Below are positions 39,644 to 49,643 of a DNA stretch of 64,000 bases, in pieces. The notes under the pieces are model-generated. The model was not told where the DNA came from and ran no database searches. It saw only the letters and a program-made list of their open reading frames with translations. Made by a program: the position numbers and the translations under genes. This DNA comes from a virus. Taxonomy: Duplodnaviria; Caudoviricetes. Position 1 is the first letter of the stretch. Every line of letters starts with the position of its first letter. The DNA lies in the IMG/VR virus record IMGVR_UViG_3300014204_000120, positions 73,850 through 137,849 of that record; one strand, given 5' to 3'.

Positions 39644-40569
39644 TATATACAGAATTGTTTGCTAAAGAACGCTTTGAAGCTCATGAACAATGGATTAAGG
39701 ATAACTTAATCTATGAATGTATTATGGGCTCACAAGCATATGGATTGGCTACAGCAGAATCAGATATTGATATAGTTGCTATAGTTATGCCTCAAGAAAT
39801 CCATTTATGGCCACAAAAGTATGGTTATATCTTAGGATTTGATTCGTTACCTAACTTTGAATCTAAAGATATTAAAGGCGAAAAGAAACGTATTCCATAT
39901 GAAGGTACTGATATAGAAGGAGAATGGACTTCACTAATACGTTTCTTTTATCTTGCAGGATTAAAAGGTTCACCCAATCTAATTGAAACTTTATTTGTTA
40001 GAAGAAACTTAGTTACTTTTGGTACTGATATTGCATGGAAGTTAAGAGATAATGCACAATTGTTTTTAAGTATGCGTTCATTTCATGCTTTTAAAGGTTA
40101 TGCTTTTGCACAATTACATAGAATTCGTTCAGATATTAAACGAGGTAAAACAGATAATCCTAAAAGACAACATTACTTAAATGAATTCGGTTTTGACATT
40201 AAAATGGCCTCACAAATTTTAAGACTATTAGATCAGTTAAATCAGATTCTTGATACTGGTACTTTAGATTTAATGCATAATAAAGAAGAAGCGAAATCTA
40301 TGCGTGCTGGTACTTGGGGTTCTTGGGATAGGTTTGAAAAGCATGTATTAGAACAATTAGACTTATTAGAAAAGAAAGCTTTAGTTCAAAATTCTATTTC
40401 AAATAAACCAAGATTAGGCGAACTTAAAAATCTATTAACTGAAATTCTTGAAGATTATTATGGTTCAGAACTTAATATGCAAAAACAAAGCAATGAATAT
40501 ATTTCAGTTAAAGATATTTGGAATAGATTTGATAGACTAGAAGAAAAAATAAATGAAAGGATTAAGTAA
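39640..40569 (+). CDS. Pol-beta superfamily nucleotidyltransferase (RlaP-like)
   Basis: GSQAYGLATAESDIDI, G.PN.IE.LF, F.GYA..Q, D.K.A....RL. Confidence 0.8.
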   Translation: MIYTELFAKERFEAHEQWIKDNLIYECIMGSQAYGLATAESDIDIVAIVMPQEIHLWPQKYGYILGFDSLPNFESKDIKGEKKRIPYEGTDIEGEWTSLIRFFYLAGLKGSPNLIETLFVRRNLVTFGTDIAWKLRDNAQLFLSMRSFHAFKGYAFAQLHRIRSDIKRGKTDNPKRQHYLNEFGFDIKMASQILRLLDQLNQILDTGTLDLMHNKEEAKSMRAGTWGSWDRFEKHVLEQLDLLEKKALVQNSISNKPRLGELKNLLTEILEDYYGSELNMQKQSNEYISVKDIWNRFDRLEEKINERIK

Positions 40570-40865
40570 TGGATCCTATTTTAACTAAACTGTTTATATT
40601 AGATATAATTATGATAGTAATGTTATGGTTTACATTATTTGTAAAAAACCTACATATTTCTTATAAAGTTTTAACTGTTTATATATTAATATGGATAGAA
40701 ATTTTAAAAATGATAAGTAATATTGGAAATTATCTTACTATAATATCCTTAATATGTTGGATTGGATTATTAATAACTTATATTTTAGATTATATTATAG
40801 ATTATTCAAGGAGAACTAAAAACGGATGGAAAAAATCTACTTCGTATCAGGACACAGAGACTTAA
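40569..40865 (+). CDS. Small membrane protein
   Basis: Three hydrophobic segments. Confidence 0.5.
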   Translation: MDPILTKLFILDIIMIVMLWFTLFVKNLHISYKVLTVYILIWIEILKMISNIGNYLTIISLICWIGLLITYILDYIIDYSRRTKNGWKKSTSYQDTET

Positions 40866-41188
40866 CGGAAGAAGAATTTAGTAAACATTATGAACAGAAG
40901 TTATTTGAAGCAGTTAATGAAGAATCTTCGTTTGTAGTTGGCGATAATAATGGTGCAGATACTTTAGCTCAAAAGTATCTTAAAGCCTTAATGGCTGATG
41001 TAACGGTTTATCATCGGTCAGATTATCTAAATTATTGTGCTTTTAATAAAACAGTTGGGAATTTTTATAGCCAAAAAGAATGTGATGAGGCTATGACTGC
41101 TAATTCTTCAGCAGATATAGCATGGGTAAGACCAGGTAATGAAAAATCAACTACTTATATAAATTTACAACGGCGAAAGAGAAAATAA
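40826..41188 (+). CDS. SLOG-like (YspA/LOG fold) protein
   Basis: FVSGHRD, FVVGD..GAD.LAQ.YL, D.AMT..S..DIAW. Confidence 0.55.
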   Translation: MEKIYFVSGHRDLTEEEFSKHYEQKLFEAVNEESSFVVGDNNGADTLAQKYLKALMADVTVYHRSDYLNYCAFNKTVGNFYSQKECDEAMTANSSADIAWVRPGNEKSTTYINLQRRKRK

Positions 41189-42651
41189 TGATACCTGTTG
41201 AAGTTGAAAACAAATCAAATGATAAAAGTTTAGTAGGTAAAGTAATAGAAGATCTTGGTGGGGTTGTTTTTGCAATTCAATCAAGTGAATTAGTATTGCA
41301 TTTGTGTTCTTCTTTATTTAAAAACAATAAGTTTTATCAAGAAACAATTAAAGGATTAAAGAAAACATTACCAGCAGCTATAACAGGATATAAGGTTTAT
41401 AATTCTGTTAAAAATTATTATAATGATAAAGGTTTAAAGTATACTAGTCAACGAAAAATTCATCACATTGCTACATTAATGCGTTGTTATAATCCTGAAG
41501 AAATTTGTACTTATAAGTTTCATTTAGGTAAGGAAATAGTACATTGGTTTTTAACAAAGCCTGCGACTAATAAATTTAAAATAATAGATTTTTATAATAA
41601 TGATTTTGAAAAGGTAACAAAAATTACTGAGTCTGGCTGCTATTATATTTTAATGGAATATGGTATTAAAAAGTTAAATTTAATAGAAATTGAAATTGGA
41701 CTTAATAATAATATACTTTTATTAACTAATTGTGAAAATAATACAATAGGGTATAAAGACAATGATTTAATAAGAAGTTATATTTTTAAAGAATTTATTG
41801 ATAGATTAGATATTAAAAATAATGTTATTGAATATAGACCTTATAGTGGAATGTATAGTAGACCTCGTAAAAACATTAATTTCAATATTGATCAATTTAA
41901 TATGAATGCTTTTTCAGATGAAATTTTAAAATCTATTGAAAAAAAGAAAAGAAGAGGCTATGTTTTTGTGGGACCTGCAGGAGTTGGTAAATCTACAATA
42001 GTTTTAAAATTAGAAAATCTAATAAAGGATATTCCAATTGTTTATATACAAGCTAATGGAGAAGGAACAGCATCAGACGATATACAAAATATATTTAGAT
42101 TTTTAAGATCTATTACTCCATGTATAGCTATATTTGAAGATTTAGATGCATATGAACTAACTAATAAACAAGATAGAGTATTTAGTGAATTTTTAGAACA
42201 ACTAGACGGTGTAAAATATAATGATTGTATTATAATTATAAGTACTATGAACGAACCTGAAAACATACATGGTTCTTTATTAAATCGTCGCGGAAGAATT
42301 GATAGAGTATTTTTTATTGATTATCCTAAAACCGAAAAAGAAATCTATGAAATATTAAAGAATAAATATAATCAAGAAACTAATCAACTTATACCAATTA
42401 AAAATATAACTAAAGTGTTTAAAAAGAAAGTACTTAGTTATAAGTTAACTCACTCAGATCTATGTGAAATAATAGAATATTTATTTATCAACGACTTACA
42501 AATAAATCAATCTAATTTAATGAAAAGTTTAAATGTATTAATTGAGACGAAGAATGCTATTATAAAATGTATAGATTTAAATCAAAATGATATTAAAGAA
42601 GTTGTAGATATTAAAGGAAATCAGCCAACTGCAATTTTACATTCAGAATAA
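41188..42651 (+). CDS. AAA+ ATPase
   Basis: Walker A GPAGVGKS, Walker B IFEDLD, TMN, RRGRID. Confidence 0.88.
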   Translation: MIPVEVENKSNDKSLVGKVIEDLGGVVFAIQSSELVLHLCSSLFKNNKFYQETIKGLKKTLPAAITGYKVYNSVKNYYNDKGLKYTSQRKIHHIATLMRCYNPEEICTYKFHLGKEIVHWFLTKPATNKFKIIDFYNNDFEKVTKITESGCYYILMEYGIKKLNLIEIEIGLNNNILLLTNCENNTIGYKDNDLIRSYIFKEFIDRLDIKNNVIEYRPYSGMYSRPRKNINFNIDQFNMNAFSDEILKSIEKKKRRGYVFVGPAGVGKSTIVLKLENLIKDIPIVYIQANGEGTASDDIQNIFRFLRSITPCIAIFEDLDAYELTNKQDRVFSEFLEQLDGVKYNDCIIIISTMNEPENIHGSLLNRRGRIDRVFFIDYPKTEKEIYEILKNKYNQETNQLIPIKNITKVFKKKVLSYKLTHSDLCEIIEYLFINDLQINQSNLMKSLNVLIETKNAIIKCIDLNQNDIKEVVDIKGNQPTAILHSE

Positions 42652-42664
42652 AAAGGAGAGAATT

Positions 42665-42817
42665 ATGAGTGAACCTTGGTTGTATCCAGACACAGAATTA
42701 CGTTCAGATTGTTGTGATGCTGTTGCTGATGGAGAAGTAATTGATGGTATTGGAATATGTTCTAAATGTAAAGAACATGCTTCATTTACTAACGAAAACG
42801 AAGACGATAATCAATAA
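42665..42817 (+). CDS. 50-aa Zn-finger protein (below the track cutoff)
   Basis: RBS aaggag; SDCCDA...ICSKCKEH. Confidence 0.65.
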   Translation: MSEPWLYPDTELRSDCCDAVADGEVIDGIGICSKCKEHASFTNENEDDNQ

Positions 42818-42818
42818 C

Positions 42819-43025
42819 ATGCAATTAAAACAAATAACTAATTTATCTCAAATAATCGATCAAGTTAATTTTCATATAAGTTTACTTTTATTACAGATTA
42901 ATTCTTTAGAAGAAATACGCTATACCATGAAATCGGGATATCAAATAAATAATATAGTTGAGACTCAAGTTATTTATCAAGTCGAGTCAAAAATTAAAGA
43001 TCAAATAAAGGAATTTTATGTTTAA
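42819..43025 (+). CDS. Isolated MKL-family small protein
   Basis: MQLKQI...TQVIYQVESKIKDQIKE. Confidence 0.55.
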   Translation: MQLKQITNLSQIIDQVNFHISLLLLQINSLEEIRYTMKSGYQINNIVETQVIYQVESKIKDQIKEFYV

Positions 43026-44346
43026 ATATAAAAAGATATATGTAGTATTAGGATTACTTTTATCATTAAATTGTTGTTATATTAAACCGTTAAGTTATCC
43101 TAAACCAGAAAATAAAAATAATTATTATTTGAGAGATACGTTGGATAGAATAACTATATATCATGGTGTTAATGTTTCAAACTATTCTAAACATTCAGAA
43201 GGTAATTTACCGTGGCAATCAAATGAAGATTTTTATAAAATGAAAGATTGGGGATTTAATATTGTTAGGTACTTAGTCTTTTGGAGTGCAATTGAACCAA
43301 CTAAAGGTAATTATGATACAGTTTATATTAATAATGTTTTAAATCAAATTAAGTTTTTAGATAACATAGGAATTACTACTATTATAGATATTCATCAAGA
43401 TTTATATGCAGATACGTTTGGTGGTAATGGTTTTCCGGATTGGACTATAGATGATGATAGTATTCCTTTTGGCGGATTAAAAGAACCTTGGAGTTTAACT
43501 TATTTGGATCCTGCAGTTATTGCCTCATATAATAATTTTTGGAATAATAAAGAATTAAAAACTAAGTATATTAAAATGATAGACCTTCTAGTTAATACAT
43601 TTGATACTATACCTGGAGTTTTAGGTATAGATGTAATGAATGAGCCTATTCCAAATAAATCACCTAATAGATTTGAAAGAACAACATTAACTAAGTTTTA
43701 TTATAATATAGAAAAGGTTTTTGTTGGGTCTAAGTTAAAAATGTTTTTTGAACCTTGGATGTCAACTAGTTCTATGCTACCTTCTTGTTTGAATTTTAAA
43801 CCTAAAGTTTCATCTGTATATTACCCTCATTATTATGATGTATATGTAGATGCACAAAAGCCTTATGAAGATCTTAGTAAGAATATAATGAATAATATGT
43901 TTCCTTTAAAGATATCTGAAGCTCAAAAGTATGGTGTTCCTATAATGATTGGAGAGTTTGGAGTCTCTTTAAATTATAATAACTTTCTTAAAGATTTATT
44001 GAATATCTATGATAAATATAATGTAGGATGGTGTTATTACGCTTATGATAAACTTTCATATAGTTATTATGGTATATTAGATGATAATGGTAATTTAAGA
44101 CCTCAAATGAAGTACTTAGTTAGAGCATATCCACAAAAGATAGCCGGTAATAATCCAAAATGGCAAACAACAGAACACGAATTTACTTTACAATATGAAA
44201 AGCATGGTAATGGTCAAACAGAAATTTATATACCTAGAACTGATAGTATTACAATTATAACATATGGTTCTTGGCTTTTGGACGGAAAAATGTTATATTA
44301 TACAAATACAGATAGTTTATTACAACAAATTAGGATAACTTATTAA
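43018..44346 (+). CDS. Glycoside hydrolase family 5, endoglycoceramidase-like, secreted or lipoprotein
   Basis: Signal-like N-terminus with Cys; HGVN, GFN.VRY..W..IEP, DIHQD, NEP (acid/base), PHYY, GEFG (nucleophile), RAYP..IAG. Confidence 0.85.
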   Translation: MFKYKKIYVVLGLLLSLNCCYIKPLSYPKPENKNNYYLRDTLDRITIYHGVNVSNYSKHSEGNLPWQSNEDFYKMKDWGFNIVRYLVFWSAIEPTKGNYDTVYINNVLNQIKFLDNIGITTIIDIHQDLYADTFGGNGFPDWTIDDDSIPFGGLKEPWSLTYLDPAVIASYNNFWNNKELKTKYIKMIDLLVNTFDTIPGVLGIDVMNEPIPNKSPNRFERTTLTKFYYNIEKVFVGSKLKMFFEPWMSTSSMLPSCLNFKPKVSSVYYPHYYDVYVDAQKPYEDLSKNIMNNMFPLKISEAQKYGVPIMIGEFGVSLNYNNFLKDLLNIYDKYNVGWCYYAYDKLSYSYYGILDDNGNLRPQMKYLVRAYPQKIAGNNPKWQTTEHEFTLQYEKHGNGQTEIYIPRTDSITIITYGSWLLDGKMLYYTNTDSLLQQIRITY

Positions 44347-44354
44347 GGTTAAAT

Positions 44355-45240
44355 ATGATAGATCAATTAATACCAGTTGCAAATAATGATGATTCTAAGT
44401 TTATAGTACTTTTAAAATTGATAATAGGTGTATCAACATCAATTATTATAGGAATATTATCAATAAGTAGTGCTATTAGAGTTTTAAATCTTAAACATAA
44501 GAAGATTGGATTTAGAAATGACGCATGAACAAAAAATCATTGACGGTTGTTATAAAGTAGGCCAAAATACAGGCGATTGTGTTTTTGGTGGTACATATAG
44601 GCTATGTCGCCGAACTGTTATAATAATAACTACTCTTTTATTTGGATTGATATTTTTTATATATGGACTAATACATTTTAAACAAAAGCATTTAAACAAT
44701 TAACAGAAAAGGATACTAAGGAAGGTTTCAGATGAGTAAAACGTTTTCAGATGAGTACTATGATACTTTTGGAAAAAAGAAGGATAAAGGTAAGCATAAA
44801 CAGAAAAGAAAAGATGTTAAAGCATTTTTAAGAAATCTTAAAATCGATGATATTGATAACGATGAAGCTAGTGACTGGGAAGATAAATTAACAGATGAAT
44901 AACTAAAGAAAGGAATATAAATAAGAGCACAGCTGAAGTATTAAACAAAAGCTGTAAGTGGGAAGGAATGGATAAGAAACAGGCGTATTTGTTTTGTAAA
45001 TTCCTTGAAACTGAAATGAAGAAGATTGATCTTGATAAATGGTACGAAGGTGAAAAAATCAATAAAGATCCGGGTCAATCTTATATTGTAGAATGGATTA
45101 AGTTAAATGCTGCTAATTGGCGTAAAGAATGGGAAGAGTCTTTATGTCAACATTGTAATAATTGGAAAACTTGTGGTTATTTATTAACTAAAGAATGTAA
45201 AATATTTGAATTTGATAAGCACGAAGACAATATTAAATAA
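44355..45240 (+). other. Four small hypothetical ORFs (44355-44528 membrane, 44518-44703 membrane, 44732-44902, 44968-45240)
   Basis: Read manually and from the track; tightly packed. Confidence 0.45.
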
Positions 45241-45256
45241 TTGAAAGGAACATTAA

Positions 45257-46348
45257 ATGTGGCGAGAACTATCTGATGATTTTCCTAGGTTTAGTAATTC
45301 AATAGATGTTCATGTTCATTTATTTAATTACAAAAGTGTGCCGGATAAGTTTTTAGGTTTTAGAATACCTTTTCGTCAAAAAACATTTATCTTTTTACGC
45401 AATATAACTAAAGCATTAGGATTCATTAGTCAAAATGCAAGTATAACAGGAGCAGCATATTTTTTAGATTTATTTAGAAAAACTGATATAGATATTTTAC
45501 AAAAGGTTTTAAGTTGTTATCCAGCTGATACTATATTATGTCCGTTGCTTATGGATATGGAACATAGTATTGGCGGTAAAGAAAAAATAACTTATCAGCA
45601 ACAAATTGATGATATGTATGATTTATGTGAGTTATATCCTGGTAAATTGTTACCTTTCTTATGTTTAAATCCTCTTAATCCGCATATGTATGAATTATTT
45701 AACGAACACTTATTAAATAGAACTGTTTTTTGGGGAGTTAAAATATATCCTTCGTTAGGTTATTTACCTTCTGATAAAAGATTATTACCTGTTTATAAAA
45801 AATGTGAAGAGTTAGGTATACCAATAATAGCTCATTCTACTATTGGGCCGGTTCATATAACGGATCATCATTTAAAAAATATTAATGGAATTAAAATAGT
45901 TGATAATGTTCCTGTTGAGTTTACTGATGATAAATGGTTTTGGACTAAGAACGATTATGCAGAGTATTTTAATCATCCGCGAAATTGGGAATCTGTAATG
46001 TTTATGTTTCCAAACTTGATTTTAAATTTAGCTCATTTTGGTGGATTTGATATAACAACTAAAAAAGGTACTTGGACCAGTCGTATTATTAATTTAATGA
46101 CACGATATAGTAAGGTATATTCAGATATTTCATTTGTTTTATCTGATAAAAAAATAATTAAACCTTTAAGAGAGTTAATTGAAAATAATCCTATAGTTGC
46201 TGATAAAGTTCTATATGGAACAGATTATTATATGATTGAAATAGAAGGTCATTTTAGAGACAGCATAACAAGGTTTAGCGCTGCTATGGGTCAAAAGAAT
46301 ATGGATAAGTTATATAGCAACAATAAACAATTTTTATTTCATTCATAA
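45257..46348 (+). CDS. Amidohydrolase_2 family metallohydrolase
   Basis: IDVHVH, GVKIYPSLGY, AH, LAHFGG, YSDIS, LYGTDY. Confidence 0.85.
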   Translation: MWRELSDDFPRFSNSIDVHVHLFNYKSVPDKFLGFRIPFRQKTFIFLRNITKALGFISQNASITGAAYFLDLFRKTDIDILQKVLSCYPADTILCPLLMDMEHSIGGKEKITYQQQIDDMYDLCELYPGKLLPFLCLNPLNPHMYELFNEHLLNRTVFWGVKIYPSLGYLPSDKRLLPVYKKCEELGIPIIAHSTIGPVHITDHHLKNINGIKIVDNVPVEFTDDKWFWTKNDYAEYFNHPRNWESVMFMFPNLILNLAHFGGFDITTKKGTWTSRIINLMTRYSKVYSDISFVLSDKKIIKPLRELIENNPIVADKVLYGTDYYMIEIEGHFRDSITRFSAAMGQKNMDKLYSNNKQFLFHS

Positions 46349-46353
46349 ACTCA

Positions 46354-46382
46354 TTGATATTTATAAACGCATATATTATATT
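46354..46382 (+). promoter_or_regulatory. Sigma70-type promoter variant
   Basis: TTGATA(46354)-N17-TATATT(46377), intergenic. Confidence 0.55.
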
Positions 46383-46399
46383 ACAATAATTGGAACGTC

Positions 46400-47881
46400 A
46401 TGAAAATACCAAAAGATAAGTCTAAGCGTAAACGTAATGAGATATTAAAAACTAAAAAATGTAGTTTTCCTGGATGTGAAGTAACTTTTGAAGGAACTGG
46501 TAAATCAAAGTATTGTTTAGAACACTGTCTTAAAAAATACCGTAAAATAATTGATGAAGATAAAAATAATAAAGAAAAATTAAAATTATTAAGTTCTAAT
46601 CAATTAATAGAACATGATTATATTACTCCAGTTGTATTAGATTTAAAATGCGCTTTAGAAGATTGCAATAATCATTTTGAGATTATTTTGTTACCGAGAG
46701 TTAATGTATATCCACAATACTGCGAGGCGCACAGAAATGTCTACAAACGAACGTTCTTTGTCCAAAACAGAAATAAAGTGCGAACAGAAATGCAAACTGA
46801 AGTATTGCCTAAACAATGAAAATGAATTGTGTTCTTTAATTAAACCATTTGCAAAACTGATTAAACCTGATAGTATTCACTGCGAATTTTTTGAAGATGA
46901 TTTTGAAAAGTCTTGGAAAAATTATAAAGAACGAGGAGGTACTATCGGAGCCTTAATTAGATTAAAAAAGAAATTACCATTTGATGCAGATATAAGTAGT
47001 AAATCTAAAACAAACAAAAAGAATAATAAAAAGAATAAATCGGAACCAGAAACTAATAACTTAGATGAAATAATTTAACCAAAGGATGCTATATGTACTT
47101 TGTAAAAACATATAAATCGGGTGGTGAAGATTACGATCCAAGACAGAGAACCTGGGCTCTTTTTAAATGCGGTTTGTGTAATAAAGACAATGTAATTGAT
47201 ATAACACGTATCAAGGATACTTTTGACTTTTCTTGTGAACGTAGATGTGAAAAATGTGGTATGATAAATTCTGAAGACAAGATACTAAATATGAAAGCTC
47301 AATTGAATAAATTAACTGTTGAAAAGTCTAGAATACAAATTCAAATAGAACAAATTGAAAGAGAATTAAACGAAGCTACATCAATGAAAGGATTAGTTAA
47401 TGAAAAACAAATCTAATGAATATAATGTTGTAATATATTCAGGAGAACATAAAATATTTACTAGTTTATCATTTAATGAATCTTTTTTAGAAACTAAAAG
47501 AAAAGAAATTGAAGAATTACTTACAGATTTAAAAAATAATCAATTATCACATATGGAATGTAGAGACGAAAATAATAACATAACTTTTATACCTTATACT
47601 GTATTATCAAGTTCACGCATAATATTAAATAGAATAGAAAATGAAAAAAAGGAATAATAATGATTACTTCCTGCCAAAATAAATTTTGTATTAATAATGA
47701 AAAAGGTTTGTACTTTTGTAATTGTAAAAGATGTGATAGTACTAAATCAGCAAGTTATTTGGGTGTTTGTAAAAAATTAAAAATGTATAATGATTCAATG
47801 AATAAAAATGAAAACGATTATCAAACTCTTTATGAAGAATATGTTTATTTAAGAAGAGGAGAAGAAATTCGTGGAATATAA
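46400..47881 (+). other. Five small hypothetical ORFs, mostly Cys-rich (46400, ~46737, 47093, 47400, 47660)
   Basis: CxxxxC...YC..H repeated in 46400; CxxC pairs in 47093. Confidence 0.5.
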
Positions 47882-48581
47882 ATTTTCAATGGATTTTTGG
47901 AATAAAGATCATATTAGAAACTTCAATAGAATTAGAAATTATTTCTTTTATGAAGACGAACATTTATATATACCCGGATTTTTAAGTTTTTTAGAAATTG
48001 GTGTTTTTGAAGGTAGAACTTCAACTTGGTTGTTAGATAATATATTATTAAATGATGAAGATGGTAGTAGCGATTGTTTAACACTAATAGATCCAGATGT
48101 TGGTCCAAACTTTAATTATAATATGCAAAAATGGTTAATTGAAGGTGAATTAACTGAAGAAGGTAAAAAACGTATTAACTTTATTAAAGATTATTCATAT
48201 AACGCATTACCAAAACTTAAAACCGAAAACAAGTTATTTGATTTAATTTATATTGATGGTGATCATAATGCTTGTGGTGTATTAGAAGATGCTGTCATGG
48301 CATGGAAATTATTAAAAGAAAATGGTATTTTATTGTTTGATGATTATCTTATGGAAGTGAAGGATTCATGGTTTTATATATCTCATAAAGAATTCAATCA
48401 GCATCATAGCTTAGTCTGGCAACATCCAAGAAATGCTATAGATTGCTTTCTTAATATATATAAAGGGCAATACGAAATCATAATAGATAATTATCAAATT
48501 GGAATAAGAAAAGTCTGTGATTTAGGGGCAAAGAACCTTAATCATGGTGATAATACCCAAAAAGCTATTTACGAGGTATAA
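47871..48581 (+). CDS. Class I SAM methyltransferase (Methyltransf_24-like)
   Basis: LEIGVFEGRT, FDLIYIDGDH...V..D...W.LLK..G...FDDY. Confidence 0.85.
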   Translation: MEYKFSMDFWNKDHIRNFNRIRNYFFYEDEHLYIPGFLSFLEIGVFEGRTSTWLLDNILLNDEDGSSDCLTLIDPDVGPNFNYNMQKWLIEGELTEEGKKRINFIKDYSYNALPKLKTENKLFDLIYIDGDHNACGVLEDAVMAWKLLKENGILLFDDYLMEVKDSWFYISHKEFNQHHSLVWQHPRNAIDCFLNIYKGQYEIIIDNYQIGIRKVCDLGAKNLNHGDNTQKAIYEV

Positions 48582-48582
48582 A

Positions 48583-48978
48583 ATGGATCGTTTATATGAA
48601 TTAGCAGAAAAACAAGCTGTACTAACCGAAGAATTACAAACATTAGAAAACAAAGTCAATTATACGGAAAGAGAAATTAAATCAACAGAAGAATCAATTA
48701 AAGAACTTAAACTTCAAAGAGATACAGCAGCTTTTAAATTTGTTCGTTCTAAAATGGCTGATATTCTTTTAAAAATTGCACCTAAACATAAAATCCCAAT
48801 GGATAGAGAAATATCAGTTCCTATATCAAACGATTCAAATATGACAGTTAAAGTGCCTTATACTAAAGATAAAGAATGTTCAGACGAAGATCCTTTTAAT
48901 GTATCTATATGTCCAAGATGTGCTTTATTACATTTTAGTTCTATAATGGATAGAACTATTGCTGAGTATTATTCATGA
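48583..48978 (+). CDS. Coiled-coil hypothetical protein
   Basis: P.H...CSD.DP...CPRC; probable ATG 48583 after gaggt. Confidence 0.5.
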   Translation: MDRLYELAEKQAVLTEELQTLENKVNYTEREIKSTEESIKELKLQRDTAAFKFVRSKMADILLKIAPKHKIPMDREISVPISNDSNMTVKVPYTKDKECSDEDPFNVSICPRCALLHFSSIMDRTIAEYYS

Positions 48979-49643
48979 AAAAAACTAAACGTAGAAGAAA
49001 TAAAATTGTTGTTAAAGTTGATATGCCTATACTTGAAACAACTCTTGCAATTAAACTCATTAAAAAAATTGCAACGATTAATAATTTATGTTTTGATTTA
49101 ACTGTTGCTTATAATTATAACTTAAAAGATTGTGGTGAATATAGACCTTACGAAAAAACTTCATTAAATTGTATATATGTAAATCCTTTAGTATGTGGTA
49201 GAAGATATGAAGAAACACCAGAACCATTTTGCCCAGGTTATGTTTCAGATATGACTTTATTTGGAGTAACAATACACGAATTTTGTCATTATATGCATTT
49301 TAGAATTTTTCCTAACATGTTAAACGATTATAAAGATCAATTCCCAACTGAAAGATTCTATTTAAATTGTTATAGTAATAACGAACTAATGGATGAATTA
49401 GCTGAAACAATGACTCTTTATATCACTAATCCATATCTATTAAGACTTATATCTAAAAAACATTGGTATTTCTTTAAACAATACTTTATATCTCCTGTTG
49501 CTTGTACATTTAGTAGATGTAAATATATATTCAGTAAATTTCCTATTGATGTTAAAGAACACTGTAAGAAAAAATTTGGTATAGTTTATAATATTTCTGA
49601 TGATACTTTTGATAAAATTGATAATAAAATAGAAACAAAATGA
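48975..49643 (+). CDS. Zincin-like HExxH protein
   Basis: IHEFCH...E.AE. Confidence 0.6.
   Translation: MKKTKRRRNKIVVKVDMPILETTLAIKLIKKIATINNLCFDLTVAYNYNLKDCGEYRPYEKTSLNCIYVNPLVCGRRYEETPEPFCPGYVSDMTLFGVTIHEFCHYMHFRIFPNMLNDYKDQFPTERFYLNCYSNNELMDELAETMTLYITNPYLLRLISKKHWYFFKQYFISPVACTFSRCKYIFSKFPIDVKEHCKKKFGIVYNISDDTFDKIDNKIETK

Noticed and set aside
44726-44757. 13-bp direct repeat tttcagatgagta
   Set aside because: Two copies at the start of a small ORF; no further copies or mobile-element context
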